The position numbers were made by a program, and so were the translations under genes. Below the pieces are notes generated by a model. That model did not search any database and had not been told where the DNA came from. It was given only the letters and a program-made list of their open reading frames with translations. Positions 50,433 to 64,000 of a DNA stretch of 64,000 bases are shown here, in pieces. The stretch is from Octopus vulgaris (lineage: Eukaryota): contig OX597816.1 in the NCBI GenBank assembly GCA_951406725.2, positions 109,988,001-110,052,000 on the forward strand. Direction: 5' to 3'. Positions within the stretch are counted from its first letter, which is position 1. Each line of letters starts with the position of its first letter.

Positions 50433-50645
50433 AGATCGCCATGTTGATTCGTTAGCTACTGCACGCATTTTTTTTCTCTCCTTCTTTCTGTGTTTTTCTC
50501 TCTCTGTGTATCTTTCTGTTGAAGAGCGTAGGCTCGAAACGTTAAAGACTTGTTTTATTTATATTTCCTGAGCGCCATACTAATACAATTGTTCGTTTGT
50601 TTTCCACCTGCCTTCGTCTTTTGTTTATTTTCATAAAGCCTCCCG

Positions 50646-50648
<3 letters not shown>
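50433..50648 (+). mobile_element. ~200-bp HHR-bearing element, best preserved copy
   Basis: tcttt CTGTTGA a gagc gtag gctc GAAAC GTT aaaga at 50511-50548; (TA)n on both sides. Confidence 0.8.
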
Positions 50649-50688
<40 letters not shown>

Positions 50689-50690
<2 letters not shown>

Positions 50691-50852
50691 CGCACGAGTG
50701 GCTGTGTGGTAAGTAGCTTGCTAACCAATCACATGGTTCCGGGTTCAGTCCCACTGCGTGGCATCTTGGGGAAGTGTCTTCTGCTATAGCCACGGACCGA
50801 CCAAAGCCTTGTGAGTGGATTTGGTACACGGAAACTGAAAGAAGCCTGTCGT
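50689..50852 (+). mobile_element. SINE family B, 5' half
   Basis: GGCGCACGAGTGGCTGTGTGGTAAGTAGCTTGC...GGTTCAGTCCCACTGCG. Confidence 0.9.
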
Positions 50853-52330
50853 ATATATGTATATATATGTATGTATACATAGAGTGAAAATAGTATGGAT
50901 ACATACATGCATATATACATATATATATAAATAATATGTATATATGTATATATTTATATATATATATATATACATATCTATTTATCATGAAGTTTCGCTG
51001 AAATAGTTATATATATTGAATAAATTTGAGAACACCTCGTAACTTGTTTAATCTCACAGCGTAAATAGTGAACATGAGCCATCTTTCGTATCTCCAAGCA
51101 GCCTAATGATTAGAGAGCAAATAGTTTTATTTTTTTGATTTGCCAAAATTTGTGGAAGATCGAAGTTATTCAAGATCCGAGAAGTTTCTGTAAGGCATAC
51201 ATGAATCTCTAGGTCCTTTTGTGCGTCAATGTTTATAATGGATTACATTTCTAACAATATATACTTTAATAGTATATGAAAGTGTGCCTATGTGCCTTTG
51301 CGTGTGTACATTCAACCACACTTTATAGAAATCTTATTATAACGAGAGAACTAAAGTTTAGTGGTTTTACATTTTCCTTTTTATCTTCCCTCCTCAAAGT
51401 AAAATATTCCAATGCGATTCTATTCTTTGACTATTTCGAGCCATTTTGGCTCTCATCAATGATATGTCACTATGAGAAGTAACTATGAATGATCTTAGAA
51501 AGCTATAGCTTTATTTATAATCCAGTCAATACATTGACTGATTTGCTCTTGTACATTGCCAGACCTAGGTATTCTATTCTTGGGCTGCAGTTTTTAAATT
51601 AAAGTATTTCAATACGTTCCAGAAATTAAGCTATTTCTCAGTACAAATAAACATCCAACAGTTTTCGAGCGGTTTGAGTAGTTCAAATACATTATGATAT
51701 CGTTACCCGTACTACTAAGTTCTCTTTCCATCATATATTTAAAGTCTTAATTCAGTTAGGATTTATGAATCACTCTTGCTATATTTGGTGTTCGGATTAT
51801 TTGCTTTTGTAGACATACATAAGGAAGAGGAAACTCAGTACACAATAATACCCGATTATTCGTGTTTCCTCAACTATATGTCTATTATAATATAGCATTA
51901 GCAGATTGCCAGCAGATACCTAGTCAAATGACTATCCAAGCAGTTTGAAATTCGCTCGTCATACCACAAGAACTAACATGAAAGGAAATAACCAGAGGAG
52001 AGATTCCTTATAAATACCTTCTCGTCCATGCAATTGTCAATAGATTTCAGAACCAGTTCATAGTAGCTTAACGCTCGCAAACCAGTAATCCACAAATAAA
52101 TATCGTACTGATCATAATGCATAAAATATTTTTGGTCCTATAACTCTACATTTGGTTTTATGTATCAGTTAAATTTCTTTAAGGTTATTATACAGAATCT
52201 CTTGTTTTACAGCCCAGTACAAACAGAAAACGAATTTGGGAACATTTTCCCATCAGTTTATCACCCTTTAAATTTTACATATTTCAACGTCCAAACGGCT
52301 CTGTAACGTTAACTAAGAAATACGTTCTAC

Positions 52331-52998
52331 ATTTATAGAACACATGTCCAATTGAAACTCAACAAACAATTAAAGATGGAGAAGAGGTGTTATAAGTTTT
52401 AAAATATTTAACCCATGCATGCAATCGTTTCGAACGGTAATATTAACATGTAAATAACATGGTAAAAAAAATTAACTTAATTATAATTATAATAACATGA
52501 ACTATATATTACTATTCTCCTCAGTGCGAAAAACGAATACATCAAAAAGAATGTTATACTGTTACAGAAGATTAGGTGGGGTGAGTGTCACATAACATAT
52601 TCGGATATACATAATATCTTTATGAAAGATTATAGTTAGAGTTCATACACAACTAGACTCAACACTATCTTAGCAAGTTTTTATCTTTCATACAAATATA
52701 CTGTATATCCGAATATGTTATGTGACACTCACTCCAGCTAGTCTCCTTTGACAGTATAACATTCTTCTGATGTATTTATTTTGATGCATTCCTTTTTTGC
52801 ACTGAGGGGAACAGTAATATGTAAGCAATTTAATTATAAGTATAATTAAATTAAATTTTTACCATGTTATTTAATGTTAATATTACCGTTCGAAACGATC
52901 GTATGCATGGATTAAATTTTTTATAAAACTTATAACACCTGCTCTTCTCCATCTTTAATTGCTTGTTGAGTTTCTATAGGATACTTGTTTTATAAATG
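52331..52998. repeat. Long fold-back inverted repeat (~300-bp arms, ~50-bp loop)
   Basis: GTGAGTGTCACATAACATATTCGGATATACA / TGTATATCCGAATATGTTATGTGACACTCAC; CAATTAAAGATGGAGAAGAG / CTCTTCTCCATCTTTAATTG. Confidence 0.9.
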
Positions 52999-55900
52999 CT
53001 CATAACACACTACCAATGTAACATGAAGAATATTTATAAATCGGCTTTTGGAACTCCCTAAAGGAAAGGATGAAATAGAACTCAACCTTCTCCCTCATAT
53101 ATATATATATACATACATATAGATATGTATGTGTTTGTGTGTGTGTGTGTTAGTGTGTGTATGAGTGTATGTGTGTGTGTATGCGTGCACGTGCTTTCGC
53201 CTGTAAAATATAGTAACCATATATCATGCAAATCGCACATTATCGCCTTGGGAAATAGACACTAGGACAGTGTAGCTGTGGAGGAATAGTTTCACTAAAT
53301 GGTATGAACGTGAAAATAAAAACAAAAATAAAGTTTTGCTGTTTCGATTCGAGATGATTAGCATCAAACAATATAATTGACGTTTCTAATTGATTTAGTA
53401 TTTAATACTATTTCTCTGCTATAATTTGAGAATTAAAACTTTCATTAAAAGAAATCAGAACAACACAAGCAAACGCAAATATTAACGTGCCCGTTATAAA
53501 TATTGTATCATGTGATATATTTCCTTGTATTCAACAATTATCATCCTAAAATGTCTATATTGATATTCCAAAAGTTGTGAAAGAATACTGCATGATAAAA
53601 TCGTTCTGTTCCCATGTTGGATTTAATACAATAAGTCAAAGCGTATAAAATTCATGATAAGCCATGAATATGACAAATTTCCATTGACACTCCCCATCTA
53701 CAAATATACAGCATCATAAGAGATAATTAACTATTTCTGTAAAAAAGACCTTCATGGATTAAACGAAAACGTCTCTCTGAGTAAACCATTTTTTTCAACT
53801 TTTAATCGTAGTATTTACTATTGAACTTCTATATTTAAAGATGACAATATGATACAGTCACGCATTCCCAATATTTTATCCCCAAACAGTTTTATTATTC
53901 TTTCACACTAAAAAATATCATATAATTCCAACACAAACACTTGCAAACGGAGTTGACAGAAATTTAGCTGTGCACAATTATATTTAACACGTTCGCGTAC
54001 ACTCTAGGATACAAATTGCGAACCGAGGATCTTTAGAATTTTGCGAGTACACGAACGTACTTAGGATATCAGAACTCATCCACATTTGAATCAACGCTGC
54101 TTAAGGCACTTCTAGTTTATTAATTCCCGCTTGGCAAATCTCTATATACATCAGCATATTTACAGTTCGCTGCTTAAATACAGGGACGGTAATTCTTAGT
54201 ATACTATGATTGATTCTGCATCTGTAGAGATGGAGCTTAAATATGCAGAAACACGTATCCTATGTTGGGATTTATAGCTCAGTTGTCTGTTGTCTCATAC
54301 ATTAGTTACAAGAAGAATTTCTCCCGATATACACTCGAATTTGGGCGCATGCAAACTTGCTAAATTGTACGAACCTATGCTTAAATTGGTTTTCAATGTC
54401 ATTTTAGCAGATGCGAAAATTAGTAGAGTGTCTATCTGGGTCAATAGATTAAGGGAACACTGAAAGACTCATTTTGATGTAATTTTATTGAAGTGCAGAT
54501 GAAAGGAATTATGAAAGAAACAAATAATTGGTCTAGCAATGATTTTTTTAGGAATATAATTTCCTACGTGTGTCCTGTAAATGGAGATTGTAAGCTAAAA
54601 CGCTTCGTTAAAATATTAAAACAATAAGAAATAAAAGACTGTCATAATCATGATACTCGTCATCATCATCTTCAGTCAAAAGGCGACAACCACGACAGTC
54701 ATTGGCATTGAGATATCAACTTGGTTTCATCCTATTCTATTTGTCTACTTGGCCGCATGTTATAGGAACAGATGTTATTCTAAAAGGTGGGTCTCGATTA
54801 AATTAACTCAGAAACACCAAGCTTTTCTCAAAGACTTGGATCACCTTGTATATAGTGACACTATTCGGAACTTAGACAGGGTTTATGGGATTATTGTCCA
54901 GGGATTAAGTAAGCTTTGAACCTAAGAATGTAAAGTATGGTTTCGTTTTCACGTAGAGAAATTACCATTTGCTCAAACGTCATGAGCAGTGCTCGATTAC
55001 ATTGAATGATCCAACCAAAACGGAATTTTAGTCGATCAGTAATGTTTCAAGGGAGCGAACTATTGGAAATAATTCTGGATGTTTCTGTTGATTTCTAGCA
55101 CAACAGTGGACTATACGTTTCTTTGTACTTACTTAAGTAGCGAAGAAAATATTTTGAATTTCAAGTTTAAATGCTATACGTGACATAGATAATTGAGGAC
55201 GGAGACTCACTAGCAGAGACGAGAAAATTTAATCATGTAAAATTATATTGAATGACTATGAAGTCCAAGGAAGTACTGTAATTTATTATGGACAGTTAGA
55301 CATTAAATCTTGTGAAGGTTTCGTAAGCGGTAGGTAAGATAATGAAAGTAGTTTAACTATGATTTCAATCAGTTTTGATATAAATTAAATAATATTGCAT
55401 TCTTGGGTAGGACGATGTTGAACCTTTCCTTTCCAACAAGTACCGATTTTGTGGGGAGATTTCCAACATTTTCCAAAGTATTAGTTCTTTTCTAAAGCTT
55501 GGGAAAATGTTTTGACAAAGAATTAACTGCTATATACTACAAGCTGAAGATCTGTATGAATGGTACATCTATTTAGTCCTGGAGCAAACTTGAGATTAGA
55601 TACTTATGATCAAATGTATTTCAGCCATAGATATCTAGTCTTTAGGGATTATTTAGGATTTCATTATCACCTGAATTTGAATGATTCTTTGCTGCGATTT
55701 CAACAGGAGTAAAGGACCACATAGAGACATCTTTGTATAACACATTAGTGCTTCGTAAACATGCTTTAACTATGAAGAGAGGCGTTGTTTCTCTTGAGGA
55801 TATTACTATGTAGATATTATTTGGTTGCTCTGAAAGTTTGGCGATACATTGAACTATCCATCATTGGTTGAGCAGAAAGGCAGATAATGTTGTTATTGTG

Positions 55901-56099
55901 TTTATTGAGTTATGTAATATATCTGGTTTTGTTCCGTTGCAGGATTCCAATAAGAGAAAAACCTTTGAAAGATATATTGCTCGCATCTATTCATGGAAGA
56001 TGAGTAGATCTCGTTGAAAGTTTCAGATTGCTTCCGGGCAGTATCTTTTATACTGAAATTGATTCAGTGGAATAAAATGTGCGAGCTTATCACAGTTTA

Positions 56100-56158
56100 T
56101 ATATATGAACACACAAACGCACGCATACACACACACACTCACTCACTCACAGACGCAC

Positions 56159-56200
<42 letters not shown>

Positions 56201-56348
56201 ATGTGTGTGTGTGCGTATGTGTGTGTGTATGTATATGTATGTATATGTATATATGTATGTATATATATGCCCATACAAATATACATAGATACTTAACATA
56301 CGTACATACATGCATATACATATGCATACATATACATACATGCATACC

Positions 56349-56410
<62 letters not shown>

Positions 56411-56442
56411 CATACATACATATACATACACTATATATATAT
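56100..56442. repeat. Compound microsatellite block
   Basis: CA/TA/TG/TACA runs. Confidence 0.9.
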
Positions 56443-57444
56443 CAAATAGGAAGGGGAAAACTATTAGGAATTGTTAAATGAAATATTCTCCACAGAAGAC
56501 CAGAAGTCTTGGGTTTAACTTGACATAATATGAATTCAAGAAACCATAAATTTTACAAATGCAGAAACGTATTAAAATTACTATTTTATTATCCTTTTGC
56601 AGAAGTTACCATTTAGACCCTGATAATCATTTATGCGTCAGATTATGAGCAATGCCACTCCAACCTTAAAATTATCTGTTTTGCAGGAACACAATCTATA
56701 TTTCTTTTAACGGCAAAACGGGGATAATTAATAAATGAAGTAGAACTATATCCATGAATTCGATATACTAGAAAACAAAATTATCCTTTAAATAAACATT
56801 CCGATTTGGATCAAACCCTAGAAAATTCGAGGGAAACTTTTAAGTTATTTACACTTTAACCCTTTCCGTGAATCAAGCGCAATAGATATCAACTTGTCTC
56901 GCTAACTTATAAGAGGAAGTGTTCCTACTTCTGTTGCCTTTCTGAGCCAATACTGTGGCATTAGACTGATTTATATATAGTGTGTTCCTGTGCCTTCCAC
57001 CTTTTCAGGTTGCAAAAATCATTTTTTATTATTACGTATTTCAATATGTTCGGTGTTTATAACTATAGCTGCTACGTATATGTGTACAGTTTCTATATTT
57101 TTAATAATTAATAATATGCAAAAATACAGAATGAATATTACAGTTCAACATGAAAAAATATACGCATACTTTCAAAGTGCATTAATATAGGTTGGTGCAA
57201 CATCTCTTTATTGTTAGTTAAGCAATAATCATTTCTTAGTTGCTTCTCCTCTTATTCAAAATATAATGTATTCCAAGAATAGAAAGGAATAACGTCGCTA
57301 GATATAAATATTTTCACATTAATGAATGTTCAGTTTCAAATATTTTTTCAACGTTGCAAGTATGAAAACTGTATGCCATCCCAAAATAAATGTATATTAG
57401 ATAAATACATCTCTGTACTTATTAATATTCTACAATGTACACGC

Positions 57445-57504
57445 ATGTATGTATGTATGTATGTATGTATGTATGTATGTATGTATGTATGTACATACAT
57501 ATTG

Positions 57505-57564
<60 letters not shown>

Positions 57565-57639
57565 ATATAAGTATATATACATTTGTTTACATATATATTC
57601 ATATGTATACATATATTTGTATATATATATACACAGATA

Positions 57640-57706
<67 letters not shown>
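57445..57706. repeat. Compound microsatellite block
   Basis: TATG/TA/TG runs. Confidence 0.9.
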
Positions 57707-57708
<2 letters not shown>

Positions 57709-57789
57709 GTCGTTGCGTCTGTGTGCATTTATTTGTATATATGTATGCCTGCGACTACCTATGTATGTATATACATAATAACTTCGCTT

Positions 57790-58470
57790 GATATAAATAT
57801 ATTCATAATAAAGATGAACCCCTTCTACATCCAGAGAATGTCTATATGTCCTCGATACATTCCTGAACGCCTAGTTAGGATTATTTCGTCGGTGGCATCC
57901 GATCATACCGAAAATGAAGGCATATTTTATAATACGAAATATATGGCTCTCAGATGGACTGTCTATACAGACAGAATTAAGCTTGTCACCGGCATTACAC
58001 TAATGTGAAAATATCAACTTATATAGGCCAACTAAGTGGCAACACCGGATTACAACTATAGGAACCCAGATACATGCCCATGAGATAAAGCATGTACGGT
58101 TACCTCAATTTTTTGCAAAGACGAGGATAGTCCCCTGCCAGAAAATTAAAGAAACACAGAAATATATTTATTGAACAGTGTGCGAAAAAACTTGTAAATG
58201 AGATACTTCAAATATCAGTAGCCTCTCTGGCCGCAGGATGACAATAATAGCACAAAGATCGCAATCCACATTTGGAAGCAGAAAGACAGCCATATTCTGC
58301 ACTCATTTATTTGGAACATCGCAGAAAGATGATCACACATCATCAACTGAAATATTGTAAATACTGAGTGAGCGCATATTCTAATTAGAGAGCATATTCT
58401 TATAGAAGCGCGCATTGTTATTAGATCGAATGATTGTGCCGACCATCTAAGCTCAAGGACAGAGATATTT
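57790..58470 (+). mobile_element. Degenerate Penelope-like remnant (thumb and GIY-YIG end)
   Basis: RYIPERLVRIISSVAS..IFYNTKYMALRWTVY and NSTKIAIHIWKQKDSHILHSFIWNI fit PLE IPxxIxxRISxxSS..YxxAL..GY and STxLSxHIWxLK..IxWxI patterns. Confidence 0.55.
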
Positions 58471-59324
58471 ACAAGATGTAGATATCTTCACGGAATTTTG
58501 TGATCAAAATGGAGCACTTGGTAACACGAAATGGAGCACTTGGTAACACTAAAACATACATTAGCCTTTCTCTCTTCTGGTTATAGATACTGACACGCAG
58601 AGACACACACGCACACATGCACAGGCACGTTCACGCACACACATACATTCAGTCATACACATATTGATTAGTTGTACAAATAATATATTTCTAGTGTTTC
58701 TTAATTGCACAATGTCCGTAATTTGGAAATAAGTATCGATTGATATACTGATATACATGCAACGTTAGCAAAATAGAATTCTTGATTCTTTTTGAGTACT
58801 AAATCTGAAAAAATGTTACAAATATGAACATCATGATTTTTTTTTGGGGGTGGGGTGGTTACTGGATCAGAATTGACATTTAAATATTTGCATAAAAATT
58901 ATAACTAAGAATGTAAAATATACATACATGGAACTAAATTATACAATCTACAGTGTATTATATATTTGCCGATTTGTGTAGAACACAAGAACTATATAAT
59001 GTAATATGTAACTGAAAACTTGTTCTGACTATTTGAAATGATCATAAATTTGAACATCTGAATGCGGTGGAATACTGCAGGTTTTGTGGTTACTTCTGTT
59101 TTTCTTAAATTTTTAATTTAAAATTTTCGTAGTGAGAACATGGAGGCAAAATAAACAATATGGTGTATTACTCTGCATAGATTTCAGCGACAGCTTCCAG
59201 TTAGTTTTACTTTCAGTTTCATGTCTTCTTAGTATTATTACTTGCAAATGATGAGTATTTTGAATAAACAATTCCATCATAAAATAATTACACATAATTA
59301 TACAAAGCACGTTATTTTATATAT

Positions 59325-59729
59325 TTTCTCTTTTCTCTTTTACTTGTTTCAGTCATTTGACTGCGGCCATGCTGGAGCACCGCCTTTAATCGAGCAACTC
59401 GACCCCGGGACTTATTCTTTGTAAGCCCAGTACTTATTCTATCGGTCTCTTTTTTGCCGAACCGCTAAGTGACGGGGACGTAAACACACCAGCATCGGTT
59501 GTCAAGCAATGCTAGGGGAACAAACACAGACACACAAACAAACACATATATATATATACATATATACGACAGGCTTCTTTCAGTTTCCGTCTACCAAATC
59601 CACTCACAAGGCATTGGTCGGCCCGGGGCTATAGCAGAAGACACTTGCCCAAGATGCCACGCAGTGGGACTGAACCCGGAACCATGTGGCTGGTTAGCAA
59701 GCTACTTACCACACAGCCACTCCTGCGCC
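59325..59729 (-). mobile_element. SINE family B, full length, well preserved
   Basis: Head GGCGCAGGAGTGGCTGTGTGG...GGTTCAGTCCC, internal microsatellite, GAAACAAGTAAAAGAG tail. Confidence 0.92.
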
Positions 59730-59932
59730 ACTAACTACAACAAAAAAGAAAAAAATAGATGAAAAAAAGGAAACATATCTCGCAGACCACGCCTCCATGT
59801 CTTCAATAAAGAAGGGCCTCATTGAGACACCTAATTGCATCATGTTCGAATAAAAGGATATGACCTCAGCTGGAAGATCGAATTGATCAGTATTAAGCCG
59901 GTTAATGAAAATATACAAACTGACCAACAGTA

Positions 59933-59996
<64 letters not shown>

Positions 59997-59997
59997 T
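59933..59997. repeat. (TAC)n microsatellite
   Basis: Visible run. Confidence 0.95.
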
Positions 59998-60738
59998 AGC
60001 AGCAACAACCGCACCATCAATTATATTAATACCTTAGTTGACTGTATAATTTAACTTTCGGTTGATCCCAATTATTTATATCTGTTAAATCAATAACTTT
60101 CTATTTTCCAGTGAAGACTCCGAGGTAGACATTGTTCGTCGTATATCATCCTCATATTATTTCCAATTTTATTCGTTCAAATTTTTATCTTTTGACTGGC
60201 GAATATAACATGTAATTTCTCTGCACTGGTGAACTTAGATTGTTTTAGCCAAATTATGAGGGACAGGCTACATTCTATGAGTTACCGGTCAATATGAAAT
60301 GATAAAAATATTGGTTTTGTCTGCAAAAATATGTGTGTGGATCAGTGGTCAATGTGATGATTTCATGATCATAACTTCCATATTTTGACTCCTAAATCTC
60401 GTTGTGCAAGGCATTTCAATTCTTGGTGCTCCGTTGCCCAGCAAAAGTGTAGCTGTCAAATATGGATATAGCTTAGTCTCCCGTTGTTACACCCTTCATG
60501 TTCGTGTAGGACAATAGGAATTGAACTGAGAAGGTATCTCAGTTTACTTGCGACTTCATAGATACCTCAAACAATTGTCGACAAACTGTAAAACGTCATC
60601 AGGTAATCCTCGTGACATATAAGCATGTTGTTTGTCCCATTTAATTCCTCATGATTTTGTCTGGCCTAATAGTGAATATGCTTGAAGGAGCATATCAAAA
60701 TATCGTCCACGAAAGTCAAAGGTAATTATATTGATTAA

Positions 60739-61381
60739 ATCTTGACCAGCTGCCAACAAAGCACGCGGAGTTCTGTTTTTGATTCGACGGTCATTCGGAA
60801 TGCTCACATCAGCCATATTCCTACCGCTCTATGTCACGCTGGTGAGGCCCATATTGGAGTACGGGATTCAAGCCTCTTCTCCTTATCTCCTCAAAGACAT
60901 ACATCATCTCGAAAGAGTCCAGAAGCTGGCTACCCGTATGGTTCTTGGTCTCAAGCATTTGTCAAATGAAGAAAGGCTGAAGACGCTCGACCTTTTCTCT
61001 CTTGAAAAACGACGACGCCGTGGTGATCTCATTCCCGCTCACAACATCATAAGTGGAAAGTGTAACCTCTCAAAAGAGCTGTTCTTCACTCCTGCTCCAG
61101 AGCGTGGACTGCGGGGTTACTCCGAAAAGCTCTATCTACGACGATTTCATCTCAATCGAAGGAGAGGGGCTTTCTCCGTTCGGGTTGCGGATCCGTGGAA
61201 TAAGCTGCTAGACGAGATAGTGAAGATGCCGACGACCGCTCGGTTCAAAGTCTCTCTTGACCGGAAATGGCCTGCACTCTTTGTATGACCATCCTCCCTG
61301 TACATAACTCTCTGTCCCCCTACATGGCCTTGCTTTTGCTTTTTGAGCTAATTAAAAATTAAATAAAAAAAATTAAATTAA
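60739..61381 (+). mobile_element. 5'-truncated CR1-clade LINE with (AAATT)n tail and 9-bp TSD
   Basis: LYVTLVRPILEY..PYLLKDIHHLERVQKLATRMV..LFSLEKRRRRGDLI..FSVRVADPWNKL; TSD ATTGATTAA at 60730-60738 and 61382-61390. Confidence 0.92.
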
Positions 61382-62909
61382 ATTGATTAATGCTGAAATA
61401 AACTGATTTAGACATACTGCTACATTTATTCATTCCGCAGTCTTCGGAAAGCATTGTCAAATGTAAATTTTTAGTATGACCATAAGAAACAATAACCATA
61501 ATATATTGCATGTTGTTGAAGCCGGCTTCTCAATGGTTATCGGATCATTATCAGTAGAAAAGCATTGGAAGCTGAAGAGTGAGAGATGGTTATTAAGATG
61601 CTGAATACTTCAGTCAATGTAAATAATATGATAATTAAGTCGCATGGTTAATAAGATAGTCAAGAAATTATCTGAACTACTGTTATACAAATATCACTGA
61701 CAGTTGCTGATGGCAGATATAAATACGACAGTTTGTTTGTAACATTTTCCGAATGAGGTGAATATAAATGAGCAATATTCATTGCAAGACACAATTAATA
61801 TGGATAAGAGGAACTTCTAGTTTGCGCAGAGTGTGAAGCTATAGAGGTTAAGTTTGAACAAGAGTACATCTCTATTAGGAAATAATTTAAGTGTTTAGTT
61901 GGTGATCAGAAAAGCATTTTGACATATTTTTTCGCCACTCTCTCTACATGGGTCGTTCAAAAACGTATGCAAATATATATTATTTTAGGGTTAAATTTAA
62001 TGCAATTTATTCTAAATAAATACTCACTAGCTATGTCAGGCAGGAGCGAATAAGACGAATGCAGTAAAGGTATATAATTACTGACAACATTCACAAAATA
62101 TATATCAATAAGCATTTTCACTTCTTATTGTTAACGTTACAGCTTTATCCGCTGTAGTTTATAATGCTTGTTGAAGGACATAAATAATCTAAAATTCATC
62201 ATGAAAAAATAAAATATACAAAAAGGACAAATTTTAGCTGAACGCATTAAAATAAAGAAATATTGTTAAATAAGATGAGGCACAATACTATCTGCCTGTG
62301 TCTAAAATGTCGGCATCCCAACGACATGATTTCATTGAAATTTAAAAGCCGCTAATCAAATAAATAAATAAATAAATACAAATATAAAAAAAAACAAAAC
62401 TATGAATATCAACAAAGATAAAAATCAAATCTGACTTCAATAACTTTACATCAAAGATAATTGAAACTGTGTGCACACAGAGAATAAGAGACCGTTTATT
62501 CATGTTAGAATTTGATGCGACTGAACCAACATAGGATAGGGAATATTTCCCATCGTTTATTCTGCAAGACACAAGGCACAAATATCTGTCAAGAATAAAT
62601 AATCTCTTGCAAAGCGGAGGCACCTATGGAGACAAAGCCATAGATTAATTATGTCGAAGGAAAATATGTCTGCAGGTGGAGAACGCTTCAAAAGTCTGTT
62701 CCATTAACAAAAAGCGGGATAAAAGAAATAAGATTTCTGCGAGAAATTGTCCGCAAGACATATGTTTGTAATAAGTAAATGCCTGTAGGAATTTATTTTA
62801 GCTTTTCTTGCATCACAATTTATTATTGATCTATTGCAAGACGTAGCAAACAAGAAATCTCAGAGAAATGCCCAGCCCCCCCCCTATATATATACATATA
62901 TATAAATAC

Positions 62910-62960
<51 letters not shown>

Positions 62961-63009
62961 GCAGTTTAACGCAGGTGTAATTCAAATACTTTTACTTCCG
63001 ACACATGTT

Positions 63010-63082
63010 TCGAAGTGTTGTGTTAAGAACCAACAAAAAGAGGACAAATATCCGTCAAATGTAAATAATGTAAATAATGTGC
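63010..63082 (+). repeat. Tail fragment of the 16290-16540 module
   Basis: GTTGTGTTAA..AACAA...GAGGACAAATATCCGTCAAATGTAAATAATG. Confidence 0.7.
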
Positions 63083-64000
63083 AAACCCTGTTCTTGTAGT
63101 ATGTTTCAGAGGAATTTTGGTTTCGTTTCTAAGTAGTGGGTGATATACCTTAAATATTTACCGTATCAATCTTGCGTTCCTTGGCGGATTTACGTTTGAG
63201 CCTTTGTTTTGACAGTTAATTCGCTGTTAACATTCTTTTTGTCTCATTATGCATATGCTATTTAAGATTATATCGCTTAGCCTTAGAGTTTAGAAATATT
63301 CTGCATATACTATTAGAATCGTATACTAATTAATGGTTCAGTAGGTCTAGGAGAATAATGGAAAATTGATCTTGCATGATTTCTTGATAAATATGTACAA
63401 CCGTTCAGATTGTAAGCATATTTATATCCTTTTAATTAGTTTCCATTTTAAAAACTGTAAGTTTAAGAGCATTTCACATTCTATCTGTTTATAAATATTT
63501 TAATGAATTTTGTTTATGGTCTAGTATTAGCTTCTTTGTCATTTTAAAATTTCTCTTTCATCTCTTTTCTTTGATGTTTTCCTTATTTTTACATGGTACT
63601 TGAAAAACGGTTGGGGTAGACGAGCAGATTTGTGTTTTAAATGTATAAAATATTACAAGATAATAAATATATCATAAATATTTTATGTGGAAAATACAAG
63701 ATAAAATAATTGGCTGGTGAGGAAGGGTCGAGTGCAAGTCCAAATTCTTATGAAAGACGAGTGACAGAAAGATAGATAGATAGAGAGAGAAAGGGAGAGA
63801 AGAGAAAGAGAGAGGGGGTTCTTTGTCCGGGTTCTTTGTCAATCAAATTACAGCTACACGCCAGACCTAATTAAACCTTCTGCTGTGCTGGTGATACTTG
63901 CGGTAGACGGTTGACAAAGGTCGTCGAACAAATCTGGCATTACATGCACATTTGGTAAGCAGACTATAGAAACCAAGCCATCTGTTCCTCATGCAGCCAG

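Noticed and set aside
55925-56005. Possible short plus-strand exon after TTCCGTTGCAG
   Set aside because: Weak donor and no recognisable coding content.
5270-57791. Many ORFs rich in YI/HT/CV/RE/N/K repeats
   Set aside because: Translations of microsatellites, not genes.
58215-58275. Signal-peptide-like MWIAIFVLLLSSCG on the minus strand
   Set aside because: Stops immediately; it is antisense to a PLE GIY-YIG remnant.
58507-58549. 22-bp-period tandem duplication AAATGGAGCACTTGGTAACAC
   Set aside because: Two units only; a local duplication, not an array.

Overview
AT-rich, microsatellite-dense eukaryotic non-coding DNA. The SINE families and repeat landscape suggest an octopus (coleoid cephalopod) genome; this is inferred, not proven. 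I found no credible host protein-coding exon, and most ORFs in the track are microsatellite translations. The window holds one near full-length but pseudogenised RTE-clade LINE with an 11-bp TSD (24724-28322), two further RTE fragments, a 5'-truncated CR1-type LINE, four mariner remnants, hAT remnants, MITEs, many tRNA-derived SINEs and at least seven Penelope-like element (PLE) remnants. The most notable signal is a set of minimal type-I hammerhead ribozyme (HHR) motifs linked to PLE ends and to short (TA)n-flanked non-autonomous elements. Several have non-canonical cores in which positions 3 and 8 co-vary (U3-A8, A3-U8) or position 6 differs, and one sits directly behind a tRNA-like module. 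Several long fold-back inverted repeats (0.27-2 kb) are also present. All alignments and folds were done by eye.
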